The position numbers were made by a program, and so were the translations under genes. Source: Eledone cirrhosa (Eukaryota). Taken from it: DNA of 64,000 bases. Of the stretch, positions 54,472 through 64,000 are shown in pieces. The notes beneath the pieces are model-generated. The model made no database searches. It was not told where the DNA came from and saw nothing but the letters and a program-made list of their open reading frames with translations. Each line of letters starts with the position of its first letter. Positions within the stretch are counted from its first letter, which is position 1. The stretch is from NCBI GenBank assembly GCA_964016885.1, contig OZ024740.1:262322001-262386000 (forward strand), given 5' to 3'.

Positions 54472-54763
54472 TATCGCCTAATCAATAACCAATCGATCGA
54501 CATAATCCAAACACCGGCCCGCGCCGGTCATGACTGTTTGTGACAACCGACAAGGTAAAGCGATTAACTGGCAACCGATAGGACTCTATCTCTCAACTAG
54601 CCACTGATTTATAAATGTTACGTGGGGACGAGAAGCTAAAAAGAATCAATCTATTAGTTCCTGTCAGGAGATCTCAGCCAACGTGTCTCACACACAAATT
54701 ATCAAGGGGTGAAAAGATGGCTATTAGAAATAGCAGTTCACATTGATATAAAATTGAATGGTA

Positions 54764-54821
<58 letters not shown>

Positions 54822-54967
54822 TGGTGGATGTGTGTGTGTGTAAAATATACATGTATCCCCCCCCCCTCACAAAAAGTTATTTGGGTTTATATTTTGATAT
54901 TTCTCTGAGTGGACAATTAGTTTATTGATTTATCAATATATCTTATCCGTTAGATGAGATGCCTACG

Positions 54968-55013
<46 letters not shown>

Positions 55014-55215
55014 TTTCGCTCTACATGGCTGAATACAATAAATGTAATCTGAGTTTTTCGTATATTGATAACAATATACGATTCGTTTGCAAACAAGGGT
55101 CATTTTTAAAGCCATGTCAGTAGAATGAGCCCCTTCTTGGTCTTGTGTTGGCATGTAAACAGACCTGCAGACACTAATGTTTCTCAGTATTACCCTTCAT
55201 CAGTACAGTTCACTG

Positions 55216-55360
55216 TTCACCTGCCAACTGTGAGAGCTAGTGAAAATATATGATAAAATATACATTGACTGATCGGCCTAATCTGCATATTAGCAGACTG
55301 GCTGATCAGTCATTTTAGAAAATATATATTTTCACTAGCTCTGACAGTTGGCAGGTGGAA
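55216..55360. repeat. ~145-bp imperfect hairpin
   Basis: CACCTGCCAACTGTGAGAGCTAGTGAAAA / TTTTCACTAGCTCTGACAGTTGGCAGGTG, with inner TGACTGATCGGCC / GGCTGATCAGTCA. Confidence 0.85.
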
Positions 55361-56346
55361 CCGACATCGGGACCGACGGCGATCAAACAACAAGAAGTAC
55401 ACTTCTTTATATAATCAAAATAAATCCGAGCAATAAGAGGCTAGTTCGTGGCAACAGGTGTGATACAAACATCCATAAGTGTCGACAAAACGCACACAAA
55501 CAAACCCCGTCATCAGTAAACCATTTGTTCTCTTTAGTTGGTTTTCAGTAGGTTTTCCCAGAAATGTTTTCCCTTTTCTTCCTCTTTTCATTCTCATTTA
55601 TACCCCATTCCAACTTCTAGTGAAGGACTGACGAGGTTTAACATATATATATATATATCTTCCGAATAAAGTTTCTAATTAATCTTTCTGGTGATGACGG
55701 TGAGATGGATCTATTATATCAACACTAATAATATGGAGTTATATAACTACTATCGATTAGTCGCTATATTGATTTATCATGATCAATCAACTTTCTGACA
55801 CGATCGTAAAACAATCAACTGATTAAGCAATAAACTTCACCTTTTGTTTCCATTCTTCAATATATACAGTATATACATACATGATGATGGCTGCCCCCTC
55901 GTTATCGAGTATGGCCAATGCACGAGAAAAAAAAAAAAAATAAATAAAATAAAATAAAAAAAAAATAAAATAAAAAAAAAATAAAGTAAAAAAAAGGAAT
56001 ATATATATATATATAGTCCAGAATTATATATATATATATAGTCCAAAATAAAGTTAAAAAAAGGAATATATATATATATATATATTAGTCCAGAATTAGC
56101 CGTCGAAACGGCTTGAGCTCAGCTGTCGGGGTCTTACTGGTTCCTATATATATATATATATACACACATACATATATATACACACATATATATATATACA
56201 CACATATACATCGATAACATCAATAATAATAATAACAACAATAATAATAACGACAACAACAACAATAATAATATACATATACATATATATATACACATAC
56301 ACGCACACATATAAACATATCTATACACACACACACACGATAGCAA

Positions 56347-59300
56347 CTAACAGCGCTGCGATCGAATGTAGTTGTTTAGCCCAGCCAATAATCTAAAATC
56401 TCTTGCACAGAGTCGGCAACCAAAACATTCACTGGGAATAGCCGGCTGTGGTTGGAGTTCATGTACTTTTGCATGTCGCTTGAGCCCTTCTGCTGATTTA
56501 CATTCTCTACCACATGCTTGGCAAGCATGATGAGTAGCATCTACAACAGCAGCCTGGTAGTCAACCACTGGTCTTACTTTATGACTGCGAAGATGACCTT
56601 CGAGTCCAGCTTTGCTTAGGCAGTGTCTCGCACCATAGGCGGACCCTCGCCGTCTGGAAGTGCAACAGCAATGCTCTTCCTCACATCCCGCTTTACTTTC
56701 TCTTATGCGATTCGAGATGCCTCAAAGGCAACTTTTCCCTCATATACAGTCTTTCTCCATTTATTACGATCAGCATCAATATTTTCCCATGTATCAGCAG
56801 AGATGTTAGCGTCTTTTAAAGAGGCTTTCAAGGAATCCTTATACCTCTTTTTTGGTTTATGTGGCGGTCATTTTCCTTTAACCAACTCTCCATAAAAGAG
56901 TTGTTTTGGTATTCTAGAATCCTTTATCCTGGCAAGGTGACCACTCCAACGGAGTCGTTGCTTAAGCACAAGAGCTTCTATACTGTCACACATAGAGCTT
57001 TCCAAAATCTCGACATCACTGATGTGGTCCCTCCAGTGAACGCCATGGATCCGTCTGAGACACATCTGATGGAAACGCTCCAATTGCTTAAGGTGGTCTC
57101 GATATGTGACCCAGGTCTCGCAGGCATAAAGAAGACAAGAGAGCACACATGCCTTGTACACCTTTACCTTTGTCCTCCTGCATATGTCTCGCCGACCCCA
57201 GAGTCACCTTTCTAGCTTTCCGAAAGCATCACTTGCTTTCCTAATCCTAAGTGAGATTTCACTGTTAAGGTTGCTGTATCGATTGATAGTGCTTCCCAGG
57301 TAGACAAACTGATTAACCACTCCAAGTCGTTTACCATACACATAGATATTTGGTTCAGTGTATTGCTTACCAGGGGCAGGTTGGTACATGACGACGGTTT
57401 CTTGAGACTGACAGTCAATCCTAGGGCAGTGCAAGTGTCAGAATATGCATTCAAAATGTGCTGCATATCACTCTCTGTGTGCGCTACAAGATCGCAATCA
57501 TCTGCATACAAGAGGTCTCTTATGATTGATGTAAATACTTTTGTCTTTGCAGCAAAGCGCCTGATGTTAAATATGCTGCCTGAGGTTCGATATCGGATGT
57601 AAACACCATGCTCGCAATTCCTGAATGCAATACAGAAAACCATTGCAAAGTGTATGGCAAACAGGGTCGGTGCTGGAATATCCCCCTGTTTCACTCCTTT
57701 TTTTACTGACATAGGCTCCGATATTAACCCAAGCCTTGATGTCGTCATGGAAAGACCTAACTAAAGCAAGGAACTTATCAGGGCAACCAAGTTTCTGGAG
57801 AACCTTCCATAATGCATTTCTGTTAACAGTATCGAAAGCTTTTGTCAGATCGACAAAAAACAGATACAGATCCAAGCCTTGTTCCATGCACTTCTCCTGG
57901 AGCTGTCTAGCTGAGAAGATCATATCACTAGTGCCCCGTCCAGCAGGAAAACCAGATTGACTTTCAGGAAGAACACAATCTGCAATGTGTGTCAGCAGAC
58001 GGTCCAGAAGCACCCTACATAAAACTTTCCCTACGACAGAAAGCAATGATATACCTCTACTTCTCACAATCATTCCTGTTGCCTTTTCCCTTGTACAAGA
58101 CCACCATTACTGCATCTCTCCAGTCCTCAGGTACAGATTCATTAGCCCATATCCTGCCAAACAAAGAGTGAAGATATTGCAGGAGTCTCTTACCACCATA
58201 TTGTAGGAGCTCAGCATGTATGCCATCCATACCTGGAGACCTTCCACTGTTCAGCTTCGAGATAGCCACTGCAACCTCCACAAGCGTCAGAGGTTCTGCG
58301 AGAGCTACTTTCACAGAAATTTCTGGAATGAGATTGAGGAAATCTTCATTGACGACAGACGGCTGATTCAAAAGATCATCAAAGTGCTCTCGCCACCTTC
58401 GTAGAATTCCTTGTGAGTCACGAAGAAGTTCTTTACCATCCTTGCTGCGAAGCGGTGTCACCAGAGAAGAACACGGTTCATAAACCTCACGCAAGAGACT
58501 GTACAACAGCTTTGTGTTATTGGAATGTTACGCAGTTTGTATCTCACTCCACCACTGATCCTTCATCTGAGAAAGACTCCGTCTAACACGTGATTGTACA
58601 TCCTTGAGTTCCTCATGCAACGTATTCCTCTCCTGTGGTTTTGCCGTCAAGTAGCGTGACAGAGCTCGGCTCTTATCAGCCAACAAGTCTTCTATATATA
58701 CATCAGTCTCATTAAACCAGTCCAGATGTTTTCTCTTCACCAATCCCAGAATACGCCTGCCTACATCATAAACCGACTTTTTAGGGGTCGGCCAATCCTC
58801 ACCAAGATCTGTAGCCTGCATCTCTTTCTCGCAATATCCTCTTCACATTTTTATCCTTAAGATGAGCAGCATTCAATCTTTTGGGCAGGGCAACACCAGG
58901 AGCCCGGATTTTACGTTTAGTGATTAGTTTCACTTTTGCGCGTACCAGGCGGTGGTCCGTCCAGCACTCAGCTCCACGAAGAGCACGAACACACTGCACA
59001 TCCTGTCTGTCACGCATCCTGACTAGGACGTAGTCCCAAAGATACCATTCCTTAGATGCAGGATGCATCCATGGGGTCTTGAATTTGTTCTTTTGTTGGA
59101 ACATGGTGTTGCTAACACACAGATCCAGCTCCTCATACATCTGCAGCAGGAGCATAGCATTGTTGTTACACTTTCCCACCCCATGCCTTCCGATTACATT
59201 CGATCTGTTAAAATCCCTACCCACTCTAGCATTAAAGTCACCAAGCGCGATGACTTTGTCTGCCTGAGGAATATTTCTTAAAACACCTTTCAAGGCATGG

Positions 59301-59770
59301 TAAAAGGACACTTTTTCTTCATCGACAGAATTCATAGTTGGAGCATACACACTCAGCAGGGTCCCATATCTTCCTTTGTCCAGCGGAATTAACATGGACA
59401 TAAGACGCTCACTAATCCCTACTGGGAATTCTTCTAATTTATTTACAAGAACAGTCTTAACAGCAAATGCTACCCCAGCCTCTCTTCTGGTTCCTTCATC
59501 TTTTCCTTTCCAGAAGAATGTATATTCTCCACAAAATTCTGTAAGATGACCATCTCCAGCTAACCTCGTCTCAGATAAAGCCACGATGTCAAGATCGTAA
59601 CGTCGAAGCTTCTTTGCAACAAGAGCGGTCCTTCGATCAGGACGCTCCAAATAATCCCTGTCAAGTAGCGTCCGTACGTTCCAGCAGCCAAGACTAAATG
59701 CCTTGTTTGGCTCTATTACAATGGCACGATGACGAGCGGGCCCAGGCTGTGATAACCTGGGGCCCCTGCC
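56347..59770 (-). mobile_element. Near-full-length RTE-clade LINE (APE endonuclease + RT + C2H2 fingers), frameshifted
   Basis: WNVRTL, DIVALSETR, YAPT, GDFNAR, TDH (APE); SPG.DGI..E, RGISLLS, FVDLTKAFD, GVKQG, LYADD, YLGS (RT); W.GH.AR; CxxC..H fingers; split over several frames. Confidence 0.95.
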
Positions 59771-59920
59771 CTTATTGCCAATTATCTTTTTTTGTTCCAG
59801 AACCTAAATTGCCAATTATCTCTTTTATATTGTTCTGGAACATCATTGAATTGGGAAAAAAAAAATACATACATACATGCATACATGCATACATACATAC
59901 ACTTACACACACACACACAT

Positions 59921-59971
<51 letters not shown>

Positions 59972-59975
<4 letters not shown>

Positions 59976-60300
59976 ACAAAGAGGGTTTGGTAAGATAACA
60001 GGTGGACCGTAATGCACCAGAGTACTCAATACTTAGAGTAGTAGACGGGGTAATAGGAAAAGAATCTGGACCCGGACAGCTGAGCTCCGGCCGTTTCGAC
60101 AGCTAGATAGCCGTCGAAGCGGCCAGAGTTCAGTTCAGCCGTCGGGGTCCTGACTCTTTTCCTATATACATATATGTATATATATATATATATATATAGT
60201 AAAAAAGGATTTTTCATATTACCCACTCTACTACCCTAAGTATTGAGTACTCTGGTGCGTTATGGTCCATTTGGTTCCTTCCCACACTTCCTTGGTTATA
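59972..60300. mobile_element. Head-to-head inverted pair of pLTR-like half elements
   Basis: GGACCGTAATGCACCAGAGTACTCAATACTTAG mirrors CTAAGTATTGAGTACTCTGGTGCGTTATGGTCC; centre ~60106; third copy at 63678-63813. Confidence 0.8.
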
Positions 60301-60320
60301 TATATATATATATATACTAT

Positions 60321-60922
60321 AAACAAAGTTTTATATATTAACATGTATGTGCTACCATTGCTTTCCGTGTCCAGTGATGGCTACCACTATTTAATGGAGG
60401 AGTCACTTTTAACTGGCCCTTCATTAACAATATGAGAAAAAGGAAGTTGTTGTTCCACGACTAAAACTCTCTCCTAACGGTAGAGATCTATATTTGTAAC
60501 AGGGGAGGCAAACCTGGTTTGAAATTTTTCTGTGTTCCAATTTATCAAAAATTCCTGGGTCTATTCTGTCCAGTAGAAAAGGGGAGGTGACTCATCTCAT
60601 CGTCGGGTAATTTGTAGACAACTAAAATGATTAAGTTAAGAAGTTGCATATAAACGGGGATACACACACGGACACCCATACGAAATGTGAGTCCATGACA
60701 GATTTCAAACCAGAGTTGCCTCTCCTCTTTCAATTAAAAATCTCTACCGTTTGAAGAGTTTCAGTCAAGGGACGACAACTTCTATATTTTTTTAATATTT
60801 TTGTCCACGTGCTTGAATAACGGACCAGTTTAAAATTGCCTCCTCTATTAAATAGTGGTGGCTATGACTGGACCCTGAATCTAATGGTAGCATATACATG
60901 TTAAGTGTATGAAGCTTTGTTT
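60321..60922 (+). other. ~600-nt imperfect rod-like fold-back
   Basis: Nested complementary blocks, e.g. CTACCACTATTTAATGGAGGA / TCCTCTATTAAATAGTGGTGG and GGGGAGGCAA / TTGCCTCTCC. Confidence 0.8.
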
Positions 60923-61051
60923 CTATTAAATAAGGTCTCTCTCCCAACAGATTGACGAGTTTTCTTTGATTTTTCATCTATGGATTTATATATAAGGCTC
61001 TGATACCATCAACACCATAAACACAGAGTTGGCATATCTAAGAACTGACTA

Positions 61052-61107
61052 ACTGCCTGATGAGGTCATAGCCATTCAATGGCTATCATCGAAATATGTA
61101 TAGCAGT
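61052..61107 (+). ncRNA. Type I hammerhead ribozyme
   Basis: ACTGC-CTGATGA-GGTC-ATAGCCAT-TCA-ATGGCTAT-CATC-GAAA-TATGTA-TA-GCAGT, then AATAAA. Confidence 0.85.
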
Positions 61108-61176
61108 AAATAAAGGATTATGAGTTCATGCAATTGACTTATGTTTCGTCACTATATATATATATATATATATACG

Positions 61177-61265
<89 letters not shown>

Positions 61266-61403
61266 GTAAATATATGTAGGAGGTGAGTTTTATTGTAGTA
61301 CAATAAAGCAATGCAGATATCGGATAAGAAGCACTCTACAGTTTGTAGGACTGGAGTATACATGATATATAAGATCAAAAGATGGTTAAAGGAGTTCCAT
61401 GTA

Positions 61404-61470
61404 TTTTATTATGCGCATTTCAAAAACAAACATCATCATGCAATATTATTTGTGTTTTCATCAGATAAAA
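61404..61470 (-). ncRNA. Hammerhead ribozyme (inverted copy)
   Basis: Reverse complement of 62722-62788 with few differences. Confidence 0.8.
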
Positions 61471-62721
61471 CCGGAGGACATGATATGAAGGCTAAAAAAC
61501 ACTTGTGGATAGTGCAGTTTTAAATCAACATATGAAAAGTAGTTTTAGATTGATGTGTGATGTTGGGAAAAATATTTTATTTAGAGAGGGGGGGGTGGAA
61601 AGGATGAAAAAAGGGGAGGAGATGAGAGTGAAGGTGGAGAGGGAGAGATGGGTGATAGAGAGAAAGAGATATTATTATTTTTTTTTTTTTCTCTCCATCA
61701 TCAAACTTTTTAATCTCAATACATATCAACTCCCTCTCCTTCTTCGTACACGTTTTTTTGACGCTAGAATATTCATCCTTAATTTATTATTTTTTTCTCC
61801 CCATCATCTATCTCATTCTTAATACATATTAACTCTTTCCTCGCACATATTATCAATTCCTTCAATATACAAACCTTAACTTCACATTATTTTTCTCAAA
61901 TCCTTCAATACACAAACCTTAATAATTTTTTTAATACATATTAACTCTTTTCTTCGCACATATTATCAATTCCTTCAATATACAAACCTTAACTTCACAT
62001 TATTTTTCTCAAATCCTTCAATACACAAACCTTAATAATTTTTTTCTCTTCGTTAATTTTGAAATTTCCATAATACTTATAAACATACACCCTTTTTTTT
62101 GACGTTAGAATATTCATCCGCAATTATTATTTTTTCTCTCTATCATCAAACTTTTTAATCTCAATACATATTAACTCCCTCTCTTTCCTCGTACATATTT
62201 TTCCCTTCGTTAATTTTCAAATCCTTTTAATTTATACATTATCTTCCAACGGTTTTCAACCTCTCTATGTAAAACAATATATCTTTTCTCAGTTATAAAA
62301 ACTATCTCTTTCTCTCTATCACCCATCTCTCCCTCTCCACCTTTCACTCTCATCTCCTCCCCTTTTTTCATCCTTTCCACCCCCCCTCTCTAAATAAAAT
62401 ATTTTTCCTCGTACATATTTTTCCCTTCGTTAATTTTCAAATTCTTTTAATTTATACATTATCTTCCAACGGTTTTCAACCTCTCTATGTAAAACAATAT
62501 ATCTTCTCTCAGTTATAAAAACTATCTCTTTCTCTCTATCACCGATCTCTCCCTCTCCACCTTCACTCTCATCTCCTCCCCTTTTTTCATCCTTTCCACC
62601 CCCCTCTCTAAATAAAATATTTTTCCCAACATCACACATCAATCTAAAACTACTTTTCATATGTTGATTTAAAACTGCACTATCCACAAGTGTTTTTTAG
62701 CCTTCATATCATGTCCTCCTG

Positions 62722-62788
62722 TTTTATCTGATGAAAACACAAATATTATTGCATGATGATGTTTGTTTTTGAAATGCGCATAATAAAA
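62722..62788 (+). ncRNA. Type I hammerhead ribozyme
   Basis: TTTTAT-CTGATGA-AAACACAAATATTAT..GATGATGTTTGTTTTT-GAAA-TGCGCA-TA-ATAAAA; 6-bp stem I, palindromic stem III. Confidence 0.85.
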
Positions 62789-62838
62789 TAGATGAAACTC
62801 CTTTAACCATCTTTTGATCTTATATATTATACGTAAAT

Positions 62839-62899
<61 letters not shown>

Positions 62900-62968
62900 C
62901 TGTATATATATATATTTATATAAAGTTTAAGCAATGAATCGCTGCTTTCACCCTTAACAAGATCATCT

Positions 62969-63085
<117 letters not shown>

Positions 63086-63103
63086 CACGTTGGTATATAT
63101 ATA

Positions 63104-63186
<83 letters not shown>

Positions 63187-63411
63187 CTGTATATGCGTGC
63201 GTGTGTGTGTCTGTATATGCATAGTTCGAGGAGACAACAAACAGAGGTACAACAAGTCTTACTGGTTTCACGCTTTATATGGAAAAGGGGAAAGAAAGTA
63301 GACGTGTTGGTCGGTAGCCATTCTTGAAGAGTACAAAATTAGAGACAGGATCACCAAGGGGATACAGAAATAAAGGTAGCCCAAGTAAATAAAAACAGAA
63401 TGTATATATAT

Positions 63412-63580
63412 ATAATAATTGTTTCTAATTTTGGCACAAGGCCAGCAATAACCCAGTGTATTACTGGTACTTTATTTTATCAATCCCGTAAGGATGAAAG
63501 GCAAAATTAACCCCGGCAGGATTTGAACTCAGAATGGCAAGGGCCGTAACTCTATGCGTCAAAGCATGGCGTCCGACCCT
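63412..63580 (-). mobile_element. tRNA-derived SINE copy (5'-truncated)
   Basis: Family match. Confidence 0.85.
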
Positions 63581-64000
63581 AAGAGAGATAAACACAGGTA
63601 TATACATATATGTGTTCAAATCATAAGGGACCAGATTCGCTAGGGTGAATAATATACTAACTATGGACAATACGGATCTAGTTGTCGAAACGGCCGGAGC
63701 TCAGCTGTCGGGCTCCTGGCTCTTTTCCTATTATCCACCCTACTACCCTAAGTATCGAGTACTCTGGTGCGTTATTGGTCCACCTGGTATCTTACCATAC
63801 CTTCTTTGTTGTTAGTCCTGTAGAATCTCTTCTATAGTTAGAACGAAAGCCTGTTGAGAAAGTAAGTCCTCCGTTCGATCTTCCAGAAACCTAACTTGTA
63901 TACACCACAAGCGGATTTTGTTGATTTCGGATTTACAGAAACCTCACTTAGATATTCAAGAATTTGGAAGTTACGGTCCAGGTATGTTATATATACAGAT

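Larger units (their letters stand above)
61365..62826 (+). mobile_element. Penelope-like non-coding element with ~305-bp inverted terminal copies, each with a hammerhead
   Basis: 61365-61672 is the reverse complement of ~62522-62826; internal tandem duplications of ~113 and ~220 bp. Confidence 0.8.

Noticed and set aside
55681-55835. CTGGTGA-TGACGGT...ATCGT-AAAAC...AATAAA, hammerhead-like
   Set aside because: Both core halves are mutated and stem I is unconvincing
59700-59790. Possible HDV-like ribozyme at the RTE 5' end
   Set aside because: Only a simple GC-rich hairpin is visible; I could not build the nested double pseudoknot
63250-63335. Minus-strand GAAACCAGTA with upstream TTCAAGA
   Set aside because: No proper CTGANGA core or stem II could be drawn

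Overview
AT-rich, microsatellite-saturated eukaryotic non-coding DNA, most likely from an octopod cephalopod (inferred from the tRNA-derived SINE family and repeat style). I can support no intact host protein-coding gene; nearly all long ORFs are translations of (TA)n, (CA)n, (CT)n or (CTAT)n tracts. The recognisable content is transposon-derived: about 20 copies of one tRNA-derived SINE, a near-full-length frameshifted RTE LINE (56.3-59.8 kb), Tx1/L1-, CRE-, Vingi/Ingi-, R4/Dong- and RTE-type LINE fragments, three copies of a bipartite non-autonomous RTE, three hAT MITEs, a hAT transposase remnant and several minisatellites. The main unexpected signal is a dense set of type I hammerhead ribozyme motifs: about 15 complete or near-complete cores plus about 7 half-cores, in roughly ten apparently unrelated short non-coding elements embedded in (TA)n tracts and often paired with an inverted copy. 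These include a 466-nt tandem retrozyme-like unit (29.0-30.2 kb) and a ~600-nt G-U-biased rod-like hairpin next to a hammerhead (60.3-61.1 kb). All structure calls were made by eye, and coordinates are approximate to a few bases.
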